DNA of 64,000 nt from Thermodesulfobacteriota bacterium (GTDB lineage: Bacteria; Desulfobacterota_D; UBA1144), in contig JAQWMJ010000040.1 of assembly GCA_029246845.1 (NCBI GenBank), positions 10,763 to 74,762 on the forward strand, in the 5' to 3' direction. A model generated the notes under the pieces. The model did not search any database. It saw nothing but the letters and a program-made list of their open reading frames with translations, and was not told the DNA's origin. Positions 9,926 through 20,775 of this stretch are shown piece by piece. Position 1 is the stretch's first letter, and every line of letters starts with the position of its first letter. A program made the translations under genes and the position numbers.

Positions 9926-9957
9926 ATTAGCTTAATTTCAATTAATAAAGGAAAGAT

Positions 9958-10359
9958 ATGAACGATAAAGAATGGCTCCTCTTGGATGCTAAAGATAAAA
10001 TTGTAGGAAGACTTGCTACTAAAGTTGCAAATATTCTGATTGGTAAAAACAAGTCAAATTACACACCTGGCTGTGATAACGGTGATTTCGTTATCATTGT
10101 TAACTCAAATGAAGTTAAATTTACTGGAAACAAGCTGGAGCATAAATTTTATTACAGAAATACAGGCTATCCAGGGGGTCTCAGAAGCACAAAAGCTGGA
10201 GATTTAATGGAAAAGGACTCTACAGAGGTTCTGAGAAAAGCCGTCAAAGGGATGCTACCTAAAAATAAATGGCAAAGTATTTTCATGAAAAGATTAAAAG
10301 TTTACAAGGACTCTTCTCATCCACACGAAGGACAGAATCCTAAGGCTATAGAGGTATAA
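9958..10359 (+). CDS. rplM: 50S ribosomal protein L13
   Basis: 133 aa. WLLLDAKDKIVGRLATKVANILIGKNK...YTPG...GDFVIIVN is the canonical L13 N-terminus. Followed 1 nt later by rpsI, as in most bacteria. Confidence 0.95.
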   Translation: MNDKEWLLLDAKDKIVGRLATKVANILIGKNKSNYTPGCDNGDFVIIVNSNEVKFTGNKLEHKFYYRNTGYPGGLRSTKAGDLMEKDSTEVLRKAVKGMLPKNKWQSIFMKRLKVYKDSSHPHEGQNPKAIEV

Positions 10360-10360
10360 A

Positions 10361-10747
10361 TTGGAAAAATATTACGCTACAGGTAGAAGAAAAAATTCTA
10401 TTGCTAAAGTTTGGCTTACTAAAGGTGATGGAGATATTAAAGTAAACAAAAGAGATATTAAAGAATATTTCCCTAGGGACTTCTGGGTTAATCATGCAAC
10501 TGAAGCATTAAATGTAACCGAAACTAGTAATGATTTTAACTTTAATATATCCGTTTTAGGTGGCGGTCTAACAGGACAGTCAGGTGCTGTAAGGCTAGGT
10601 ATATCCAAGGCAATACTACTATACAATGAGTCTTTCCGATCAAAATTAAAACCGAAAGGTCTTCTTACTAGAGATTCAAGAATGGTGGAAAGTAAGAAGT
10701 ATGGAAAGAGAAAAGCTAGAAGAGGTCAACAGTTCTCTAAAAGATAG
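10361..10747 (+). CDS. rpsI: 30S ribosomal protein S9
   Basis: 128 aa. C-terminal ...GGGLTGQSGAVRLGISKAIL...KGLLTRDSRMVESKKYGKRKARR..QFSKR is the diagnostic S9 tail. Confidence 0.95.
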   Translation: MEKYYATGRRKNSIAKVWLTKGDGDIKVNKRDIKEYFPRDFWVNHATEALNVTETSNDFNFNISVLGGGLTGQSGAVRLGISKAILLYNESFRSKLKPKGLLTRDSRMVESKKYGKRKARRGQQFSKR

Positions 10748-10760
10748 AAGTCTCGAAAAA

Positions 10761-12080
10761 ATGAAAAAAAAATTCAAGATTTCAAAACCAAAAGGAAAAT
10801 TAGGAGTTTTAATACCTGGAATTGGTGGTGCTGTAAGTACAACTTTTATTGCAGGAATTGAGTCTTATAAACAAAGATCTGGAAAACTTTTTGGTTCATT
10901 GTCTCAAATGGGAACAATTCGTATTGGAAAACGAACGGAAAAAAATACGCCTTACATAAAAGATTTAATTGATTTAGCAAATGTTGAGGATTTAGAGTTC
11001 TTTGGCTGGGATGTTTATCCACAAGATTGTTATAAAGCTACTGTAAAAGCTGGTGTTTTAGATAGAACCCTTATAGATAGTCTTAAAGATAAACTTGAAA
11101 GAATAAAGCCTAATAAAGCGGTTTTTAACAAAAAGTTTGCTGAAAATCTAACAGGTAAAAATATCAAAAAAGAGAAAAATTACTTCAAGTTAGCCCTTGA
11201 ACTGATAGCGGAGATTAAAGCTTTTAAGAGAGAAAAGAATATTGATAGGTTAGTAATGATATGGTGTGGAAGCACGGAGATTTTCTTCAAAAAAGGAAAA
11301 ATCCATGAAAGCATAAAAAGTTTTGAAGATGCATTAAGAAAAAATCACAAAGGAATATCCCCTAGTATGATATATGCATATGCTGCCATTAAATGTGGTG
11401 CGGCTTATGCAAATGGCGCTCCTAATCTTTCTGTTGACATACCTGCACTTGAAAAATTGAGTAAAAAGAATAATGTCCCAATTGCAGGAAAGGATTTTAA
11501 AACAGGACAAACATTAATGAAAACTATTCTAGCTCCTGGAATAAAGACTAGATTACTGGGATTAAACGGATGGTTCTCAACAAACATATTAGGGAATAGA
11601 GATGGTGAAGTTCTAGATAATCCAAAGAATTTTAAAACAAAAGAAGAGAGTAAATTGAGTGTTCTTGAACATATCTTCCAACCTGAAATTAATCAGGAGC
11701 TTTATGGAGATTTTTACCATAAAGTAAGAATCAACTATTACCCTCCTAGGGGAGACCAAAAAGAAGCATGGGACAATATAGACATCTTTGGATGGCTGGG
11801 CTACGAAATGCAAATTAAGGTAAACTTTTTATGTAGAGATAGTATTTTAGCTGCACCTATAGTCTTAGACCTAATAATATTTATGGATCTTGCGCAAAGA
11901 GCTGGAATGGATGGTATACAGGAGTGGATGTCATTTTACTTTAAAAGCCCAATGGTTGGAGAAAACTTATACCCAGAACATGATGTTTTTGTTCAATCTA
12001 TGAAGCTTAAAAATACTTTAAGGTTCCTTGCAGGTGAAAAGAACATAGACCACCTTGGACTAGATTATTACTACGAATAA
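10761..12080 (+). CDS. Inositol-3-phosphate synthase family protein (myo-inositol-1-phosphate synthase)
   Basis: About 439 aa from the ATG at 10761. The ORF track starts at 10701, overlapping rpsI; the internal MKKKFK ATG 13 nt after the rpsI stop is more plausible. N-terminal Rossmann GVLIPGIGGAVSTTFIAG. Conserved ...ANGAPNLSVDIPAL...NNVPIAGKDFKTGQTLMKT...LAAPIVLDL... blocks typical of bacterial/archaeal MIPS. Confidence 0.72.
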   Translation: MKKKFKISKPKGKLGVLIPGIGGAVSTTFIAGIESYKQRSGKLFGSLSQMGTIRIGKRTEKNTPYIKDLIDLANVEDLEFFGWDVYPQDCYKATVKAGVLDRTLIDSLKDKLERIKPNKAVFNKKFAENLTGKNIKKEKNYFKLALELIAEIKAFKREKNIDRLVMIWCGSTEIFFKKGKIHESIKSFEDALRKNHKGISPSMIYAYAAIKCGAAYANGAPNLSVDIPALEKLSKKNNVPIAGKDFKTGQTLMKTILAPGIKTRLLGLNGWFSTNILGNRDGEVLDNPKNFKTKEESKLSVLEHIFQPEINQELYGDFYHKVRINYYPPRGDQKEAWDNIDIFGWLGYEMQIKVNFLCRDSILAAPIVLDLIIFMDLAQRAGMDGIQEWMSFYFKSPMVGENLYPEHDVFVQSMKLKNTLRFLAGEKNIDHLGLDYYYE

Positions 12081-12084
12081 CAAA

Positions 12085-12348
12085 CTAAATAGCTTTTGCA
12101 GATTCTAAGACAACAATAACTTTATTTGATTTAACTGTTATTAGCCCTGGGCCTGTAGTTAACTTCCTTGAATCTCCTTCAAGACCTTTGAACGAGAGAT
12201 TGCAAGGGAGTATGTTAGAAGAAAAGAAAGTATGCCCTGGTAAGATTCCAAACTCTCCAACAGAATTCGTTGCACTTAATTCAACAGCCTTATCATTGAA
12301 GATGATTTCCTCTGGCGAATAAATAGTAAGGTTAAAAAAATGACTCAT
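12085..12348 (-). CDS. atpC: F-type ATP synthase epsilon subunit, short form (N-terminal beta-sandwich only)
   Basis: 87 aa. LTIYSPEEIIFNDKAVELSATNSVGEFGILPGHTFFSSNILPCNL... matches the epsilon N-terminal domain. No room for a C-terminal helical hairpin: the gene ends 4 nt from the convergent MIPS stop. 1-nt gap to atpD. Confidence 0.8.
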   Translation of the reverse strand: MSHFFNLTIYSPEEIIFNDKAVELSATNSVGEFGILPGHTFFSSNILPCNLSFKGLEGDSRKLTTGPGLITVKSNKVIVVLESAKAI

Positions 12349-12349
12349 A

Positions 12350-14627
<2,278 letters not shown>

Positions 14628-14628
14628 A

Positions 14629-16134
14629 TTAAGATGTATATACTCCCTTGAATTTTTCTAAGGATGTTTTTAATTCTGCTACAATCTCATCAGTGTATTC
14701 TTTCTGAAGCTTATCTAGTAAATCTTTGTGTGTAGACTCAAAGTAATCATATAATTTTTCCTCATAATCGCCTATATTCTCTACATCAATTTCATCTGCA
14801 TAGCCATTTGTAACAGCAAAAGATAGTAAGACCTGCTTCTCTACAGGCAAAGGAACATATTGACCTTGTTTTAAAGCTTCGACTAGTCGAGAGCCTCTTT
14901 TTAGCTGTGACTTTGTTGCTTCATCTAAATCAGATGCAAAAGCAGAAAAAGCCTCAACTTCTCTGTACTGAGCAAGATCTAATCTTAAAGTTCCAGCAAC
15001 TTTTTTCATACTTTTCACTTGTGCAGAACCCCCTACTCTTGAAACTGAAAGCCCAACATTAATAGCGGGTCTAACTCCAGAATAAAATAAGTCAGTCTCT
15101 AAATAAATTTGACCATCTGTTATGGAAATAACATTTGTTGGAATATAAGCCGAAACATCTCCAGCTTGTGTTTCAATTATAGGAAGAGCTGTAAGTGATC
15201 CTCCACCGTTTTCATCACTCATTTTAGCTGCCCTTTCTAACAGTCTGGAATGAAGATAAAAAACATCTCCAGGATAAGCCTCTCTTCCTGGAGGTCTCCT
15301 AAGCAAAAGTGATAACTGCCTGTAAGAATACGCATGTTTAGTAAGATCGTCATATATAACTAGAGCATGTCTTCCACTGTCTCTAAAATGCTCTCCTATT
15401 GCACAACCTGTGAATGGTGCTAAAAATTGATAGGGAGCAGGGTCACTTGCATTAGCTGCAACTACTGTTGTGTATTCGAATGCCCCATTTTCTTTTAATT
15501 TTTCAACAACCTGGGCAACTGTTGACTGTTTTTGTCCTATTGCAACATAAATACAAAAAACACCTTTTCCTTTTTGATTAATTATAGTATCAATTGCGAT
15601 AGCAGTTTTTCCTGTCTGTCTATCACCTAATATTAACTCTCTTTGGCCACGACCAATTGGAATCATTGAATCAATAGCTTTTATTCCTGTTTGGAGAGGT
15701 TCGTCAACAGACTTTCTTGCTATAACTCCTGGAGCTTTTATTTCGACTGGTTTAAAGTCATCTGATGAAATATCTCCCTTACCATCTATAGGAGCACCAA
15801 GACCATCTACTACTCTTCCAAGCATAGAATCTGAGACACCTACTCTGGCAATTTCTCCAGTTCTTTTAACTTTATCTCCTTCATTAACTAAATCGTCTGC
15901 TCCAAAAATAGCTATACCAACACTATCTTCTTCCAAGTTAAGAATTAAGCCATAGACTCCGCTATCAAAAGTTACCAGTTCCCCAGCCATCGCTTCATCA
16001 AGTCCGTAAACCTTAGCTATACCATCTCCAACAGTTGTTACAGTTCCTACCTCTGAAGACTTAAAGCTTGATTCAAATCCTTGAATTTTTTGTCTTAATT
16101 GATCACTTATATTTTGAACATCTACCTCAGACAT
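14629..16134 (-). CDS. atpA: F-type ATP synthase alpha subunit
   Basis: 501 aa. Walker [12 protein letters not shown]. Conserved ...[25 protein letters not shown]... throughout. Confidence 0.95.
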   Translation of the reverse strand: MSEVDVQNISDQLRQKIQGFESSFKSSEVGTVTTVGDGIAKVYGLDEAMAGELVTFDSGVYGLILNLEEDSVGIAIFGADDLVNEGDKVKRTGEIARVGVSDSMLGRVVDGLGAPIDGKGDISSDDFKPVEIKAPGVIARKSVDEPLQTGIKAIDSMIPIGRGQRELILGDRQTGKTAIAIDTIINQKGKGVFCIYVAIGQKQSTVAQVVEKLKENGAFEYTTVVAANASDPAPYQFLAPFTGCAIGEHFRDSGRHALVIYDDLTKHAYSYRQLSLLLRRPPGREAYPGDVFYLHSRLLERAAKMSDENGGGSLTALPIIETQAGDVSAYIPTNVISITDGQIYLETDLFYSGVRPAINVGLSVSRVGGSAQVKSMKKVAGTLRLDLAQYREVEAFSAFASDLDEATKSQLKRGSRLVEALKQGQYVPLPVEKQVLLSFAVTNGYADEIDVENIGDYEEKLYDYFESTHKDLLDKLQKEYTDEIVAELKTSLEKFKGVYTS

Positions 16135-16669
16135 TAAACTCTCCTTTTAAATTGATTTTTTTTAATTCATTAACTTTACCCAGCAAAGAACCGTCAAAAT
16201 ACTTATCTTCGACCTGAAGAACTACTCCTCCAAGTATTTTTGAATCTTCTTTAAAACTGAGCTCCAAATTACTTCCCCAAATATCTTCTAATTTTGTCTT
16301 AATTAATTCTAATTTTTCTTTTTGGTTTACATCTATCGTAATAACTTCAATCTTAACTTTCCCTAAAAGCTTTCTTAGCTTTTTTAAAAAGAATTCTCTT
16401 GATTCAATAAAAGATTTTAACAGATTAAATTCTATTATTACCTCAAGAAATTTCCTTGTATCTTTACAATCAGAAACGATTTGAGCAATTATATCGTTTT
16501 TAACTGATGAAGGATAAATATCATTAATTAAACAAAGTCTAATACTTTTATCTGAGTTGAAAGCATCAACAAAACTTGAAAGGCCAGAATATATCTTTTC
16601 TAAATTTTCCTTAGAGGATGAGTCATGCGTTAGTGCTATAAAAAAATCATTAACTGTTGCTGATGGCAT
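16127..16669 (-). CDS. atpH: F-type ATP synthase delta (OSCP) subunit
   Basis: About 180 aa from the internal Met ([10 protein letters not shown]...). C-terminal [27 protein letters not shown] matches the delta signature. 8-nt overlap with atpA. Confidence 0.7.
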   Translation of the reverse strand: MPSATVNDFFIALTHDSSSKENLEKIYSGLSSFVDAFNSDKSIRLCLINDIYPSSVKNDIIAQIVSDCKDTRKFLEVIIEFNLLKSFIESREFFLKKLRKLLGKVKIEVITIDVNQKEKLELIKTKLEDIWGSNLELSFKEDSKILGGVVLQVEDKYFDGSLLGKVNELKKINLKGEFNV

Positions 16670-17165
16670 TTTGCTTAACCTCACTTAAAAAAGTTGAAAT
16701 AAGTTGTGAATCTTTTTCTACAGTTACCTCGTTTGATATCTCATATTGAGCGACCTCGAGGGCCTTATTCAAAATAGTATTCTCGACTTCATATTTTAGT
16801 TTTAAAGACTCCAGCTTGATTATATCTTCTGTATCAGTTTTAATTTTTTTTGCCACAAAATTAGCATTCTCAAGTATATCGTTTGTTTTTCTACTTGTAA
16901 TTAGATCAATAGAATTTCTCAACTCTGTTAATTCGTTATCTATAAGATTTATTTTCTGTGAACTTAAGTTATAAGCCTCTTGAGATGCTTCAATAACTGT
17001 ATTAGCTTCTTTAATTTCTCTACTTATTTTTTGGCTCCTTTCTGAAAAAAACTTAACAACTATATCTTTTAGAAAATAATATAAGATTCCTATGAAAACT
17101 ATAAGATTAAATAGGTGTTGGGAAGCAAACTTTAATTGACCAGCGATGTTAATTTCTTCTGACAT
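16650..17165 (-). CDS. atpF: F-type ATP synthase subunit b
   Basis: 171 aa. Single N-terminal TM (LFNLIVFIGILYYFL) followed by a long charged coiled-coil. Positioned between b' and delta. Confidence 0.6.
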   Translation of the reverse strand: MSEEINIAGQLKFASQHLFNLIVFIGILYYFLKDIVVKFFSERSQKISREIKEANTVIEASQEAYNLSSQKINLIDNELTELRNSIDLITSRKTNDILENANFVAKKIKTDTEDIIKLESLKLKYEVENTILNKALEVAQYEISNEVTVEKDSQLISTFLSEVKQNAISNS

Positions 17166-17167
17166 AT

Positions 17168-17680
17168 CTATATTTTCCCTTTTATTTCGGACACTAACTC
17201 TTTAATTTTCTTTGATACTTCGTTGTTACCGTTATTAATATCTTCTATAGTTACCTCTTGGATCTTTAAATACAATTCGGAATTCAAATTCTTTCTAGCA
17301 TTTTCAATCTCAATCAAAGACTCTTCCTTAGCCTTCCTAATCAATTCCTCAGCATGTCTTTTAGCTTCTACTATTTTCTCATTTGATGATGTTTCTATAT
17401 CAGATTTGAAATCTGATATTCTTTTTTTGTAATCTTCTTCGATTCCTATTGCCTGCTCATCCATACTCTTTGCCCTTTCTATACGAACAGAAGTTTCAAC
17501 ATCTCTGTTTTCTTTTAAATCTAACAATGGTTGGAATAAAAACTTATTCAAAAAAAGAATTATAAAAATAAAAATTCCTAATTCAACAAAGAAAGTATTA
17601 TCTACAGATAAAACATTAGATGAATCCGCTGAATTTACATTAAAAGTAATCAAGTATATAAATAAAAAAACTTTCTTCAT
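17168..17680 (-). CDS. F-type ATP synthase subunit b' (second b-type stalk subunit)
   Basis: About 170 aa from the ATG at 17680 (the ORF track uses a TTG 6 nt upstream). TM segment VELGIFIFIILFLNKFLFQPL followed by a charged helix. The b/b' pair precedes delta, as in atpFF'HAGDC-type operons. Confidence 0.5.
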   Translation of the reverse strand: MKKVFLFIYLITFNVNSADSSNVLSVDNTFFVELGIFIFIILFLNKFLFQPLLDLKENRDVETSVRIERAKSMDEQAIGIEEDYKKRISDFKSDIETSSNEKIVEAKRHAEELIRKAKEESLIEIENARKNLNSELYLKIQEVTIEDINNGNNEVSKKIKELVSEIKGKI

Positions 17681-17682
17681 TA

Positions 17683-18921
17683 TCAATCTCTAAAAAAACG
17701 ATACAACAGAGGGGGAGCTATAAAAGTAGTCAACATAACCATCACTGTAAGAGCCGAATAATCACTACTACTTAATACTCCAGTAGCAAGCCCCATTGAC
17801 GCAAAAATAAGCCCTACTTCACCTCTCGGTATCATTCCAATTCCTATTACTATCTTGTTTGCATTTATAGAAAAAGCGCCCAAGCCACAAACTAATTTAC
17901 CTATTATAGCAATTATAAATAAAACTAAAGCTAAGATTATAACTGCAATATTTTCTTTTATAAAGGGATTGAAAACAGAAATATCGACGGCTGATCCAAC
18001 CATAATAAAGAATATAGGTATAAAGACGTCGGCAACAGGTTTCAATCTATCTTCAATTAAATCTTTTTGATGCGTTTTAGCTAACAAAAGACCAGCTGCA
18101 AATGCTCCAATTATAGGAGCTAGTCCAGCAAGTTGTGCTAGATAGGCAAAGACAAAAGTATATGAAAGAGCGCCTAAGAGTAAGCTCCCCCTTGCCTTTA
18201 GGCTATGAACAAAGACAAATAATTTTCTAGTAAATAGATTACCTAGAATTATAGCGGCAAAAAGAAAACCTACGGCCTTACCAGTGATAATGCCAACCGT
18301 TAACAAATCAACAGTTATTCCGCCACCAGAATTTGTTGTGGTAATAAGTGCGCTTACAACAGCAAGGATTATTAACCCCATAACATCATCAATTACAGCT
18401 GCACCTAATATAATCTTAGCTTCAACACTTTTTAATTTCCCCAATTCAGACAAAACTCTAGCTGTTATTCCTACACTTGTAGCCGTAAGAGTGGCACCAA
18501 TTGTTAAAGCAGCTAGAAAAAGAGTTATTTCTGATGAGAAACTTATTAATGAATATGTATTCAAAATAAAAACAGAATAAAAACCTAGGCCAAAAGGAAC
18601 AACAACGCCTAAAATCGCTACAAGCAATGAAGGCACCCCAACCTTTAGTAAATCATTTAGATCAGTTTCTAGACCTATTTCGAATAATAGTATTGCAACA
18701 CCAACTTCAGCTAATAAATGAAAAATTTGGTATCCTGGTTCGCCCAATAATGGTATTAGCGCTAAAGAACCTAATAAAACTCCTGCTACAAGCTCACCAA
18801 GGACTTCAGGCTGTTTAAATCTAACAAAAATAGAGCTTATAGCCTTGCCAGCAACAAAAATACTTGCTAAAGCAAGAAAAAAGCTCCCTAAAGAGTAATT
18901 ATTTGGATCTTCTATAGTCAT
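17683..18921 (-). CDS. Cation:proton antiporter (CPA / Na_H_Exchanger family, Kef/NhaP-like membrane domain, no RCK domain)
   Basis: 412 aa, about 11-12 predicted TM helices. N-terminal ...PEVLGELVAGVLLGSLALIPLLGEPG...HLLAEVGVAILLFEIGLETDL is the characteristic CPA helix 1-4 region. Its TGA stop (17685-17683) is 2 nt from the atpF' ATG. Confidence 0.8.
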   Translation of the reverse strand: MTIEDPNNYSLGSFFLALASIFVAGKAISSIFVRFKQPEVLGELVAGVLLGSLALIPLLGEPGYQIFHLLAEVGVAILLFEIGLETDLNDLLKVGVPSLLVAILGVVVPFGLGFYSVFILNTYSLISFSSEITLFLAALTIGATLTATSVGITARVLSELGKLKSVEAKIILGAAVIDDVMGLIILAVVSALITTTNSGGGITVDLLTVGIITGKAVGFLFAAIILGNLFTRKLFVFVHSLKARGSLLLGALSYTFVFAYLAQLAGLAPIIGAFAAGLLLAKTHQKDLIEDRLKPVADVFIPIFFIMVGSAVDISVFNPFIKENIAVIILALVLFIIAIIGKLVCGLGAFSINANKIVIGIGMIPRGEVGLIFASMGLATGVLSSSDYSALTVMVMLTTFIAPPLLYRFFRD

Positions 18922-19032
18922 TATATGTCTCTAAATCGACTTAAGTTTCACATGAAAAAAAGTCATAGTCAAACCATAGCCTATAGAGAGTAAATCTATA
19001 ATAGTTTATTATTAAAAAAATATAGAGTTACA

Positions 19033-20775
19033 ATGCCAAGCAAAAAAATTCGTTTAACTATTTCTGACTTATGGAGCAATCAATATACTTATTTTATATT
19101 GGTGGGCTTTATCGTGGGAATATGCGCAGGTTTCTCAAACGTTATATTTCACTTTCTCTATCAAACTGTCCACTTATTATTTATCTCGCCTTTAGAATCA
19201 GGAAATATGGTAATTTTTGGAACTATTGTTGGAGGCTTGATACTATTTTTTATTTCTTATCTTTCAGGAAGAGATGATATTCTGGGTTATAAATTTCACA
19301 AGTTTATTCATACAATATCACGTGGTAGCGGTGTAATTAGTATTAAAGAAACCATATTAAAAAGCTTCTCACAAATTGTTTCACTTGGGTTTGGCGGATC
19401 AGTCGGACAAGAGGGTCCTATGGCACAACTCGGGGGTTCGATTGGAAGTATTGTTGGTCAAAGGATTAGGATTAAGAAAAGTGATCTTAAAATATTTATT
19501 GCTTGTGGAATAGCTGGGGCAATAGCTGCAACTTTTAACGCTCCTATTACTGGTGTTTTATTTGTTGAAGAAGTTGCTCTTTTAAGAAATATTAAAATTA
19601 GAAGTTTCTTACCTGTAGTAATCTCGGCTGCTACTGCAACAGTAATAGCGGGATTTTTCAGTTCTGATCAAAACATATTTAACAGGGTAGATTTTCTTAT
19701 CTTTAACTATAATGAATTATTTATATATGCCCTAATGGGTGTTGCTATAGGCTTTGCTTCATCTTTTTTTACAAAATTACATTTTTTTATAGAGAAAAAA
19801 TTTGATGACTTTGTTCCAAACTTAAAAATACGACCTATAATAGGTGGAGCAGTACTAGGAATACTGGCCTTGGTCCCATTTGGTATTGGACTAGATGTTC
19901 TGGGGAACGGCTATGATGCAATTAGAAAAGCGATGACCTATGAGTACTCACTATGGATAGCTTTAGGAATATTATTATTAAAACCATTGGCTACATCAAT
20001 AACTCTAAATAGCGGTTGGCCTGGTGGAATATTTGCGCCATCAATATTTATGGGTGCAATATGTGGCTACCTTTTTGGCTTTGGAGTTGAATCAATCTTC
20101 TACCCTCAGTTGATTCCTGGGGAGCTAACGACTTCATATGCAATTGTAGGGATGGGAACCTTTTTGGCGGCAATGACCCAAGCGCCTTTGACTTCTATTT
20201 TCTTTACTTTTGAATTGACTCAAACATATCAAGCGGTGCTCCCAGTTATGGTAAGTTCTGTTATTGGTACCACTATTTACAGACTTATCATTGGTAGATC
20301 CTTTGAAGCTTGTTATCTAAAAAAAGAAAATTTAGAAATTATCCAAAATGAAGAATCAAACATATTAAGCAATATGAAAGTGAATGAAATTATGAGAAAA
20401 GATGTAGTTACAATCCCCGAAAAGATGACTTTAGGAAAATTTATCGAGTTTCTTCCATCGACACATCTCACGACATTTCCTCTAATAGATCAAGATGATA
20501 ATTTATCTGGGATTATATCTGTTCAAGATTATAGAGGATGGGTCCTGGAAGAAGAGTTAAGAGAAGTGGTAATAATGAAAGATCTCGCTTCAACTAACGT
20601 CAATACTGTAACTCCAGATGAGTCAATGTTGGAAGTATTAAAACATTGGGATAAGGGTGACATGCTCCCTGTTGTTTCGAGGAATGGATCAAAAAAGATT
20701 ATAGGGATACTTGCCAGAAGAGATGCTCTTATTGCTTACAATAAAGCACTGAGTGAAGAATCATCTGAGCTATGA
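19033..20775 (+). CDS. ClC-family chloride channel / H+-Cl- exchanger with C-terminal CBS pair
   Basis: 580 aa. ClC selectivity motifs GGSVGQEGPMAQLG (GxEGP) and GGIFAPSIFMGA (GxFxP). Two C-terminal CBS domains (VNEIMRKDVVTIPEK...; ...VVIMKDLASTNVNTVTPDESM...). Confidence 0.9.
   Translation: MPSKKIRLTISDLWSNQYTYFILVGFIVGICAGFSNVIFHFLYQTVHLLFISPLESGNMVIFGTIVGGLILFFISYLSGRDDILGYKFHKFIHTISRGSGVISIKETILKSFSQIVSLGFGGSVGQEGPMAQLGGSIGSIVGQRIRIKKSDLKIFIACGIAGAIAATFNAPITGVLFVEEVALLRNIKIRSFLPVVISAATATVIAGFFSSDQNIFNRVDFLIFNYNELFIYALMGVAIGFASSFFTKLHFFIEKKFDDFVPNLKIRPIIGGAVLGILALVPFGIGLDVLGNGYDAIRKAMTYEYSLWIALGILLLKPLATSITLNSGWPGGIFAPSIFMGAICGYLFGFGVESIFYPQLIPGELTTSYAIVGMGTFLAAMTQAPLTSIFFTFELTQTYQAVLPVMVSSVIGTTIYRLIIGRSFEACYLKKENLEIIQNEESNILSNMKVNEIMRKDVVTIPEKMTLGKFIEFLPSTHLTTFPLIDQDDNLSGIISVQDYRGWVLEEELREVVIMKDLASTNVNTVTPDESMLEVLKHWDKGDMLPVVSRNGSKKIIGILARRDALIAYNKALSEESSEL

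Noticed and set aside
10701-10760. Upstream start for the inositol-phosphate synthase at 10701, overlapping rpsI by 47 nt
   Set aside because: The overlap would translate S9's essential C-terminal tail region in a second frame. The internal ATG (MKKKFK) 13 nt after the rpsI stop gives a conventional junction, and the Rossmann motif begins shortly after it.
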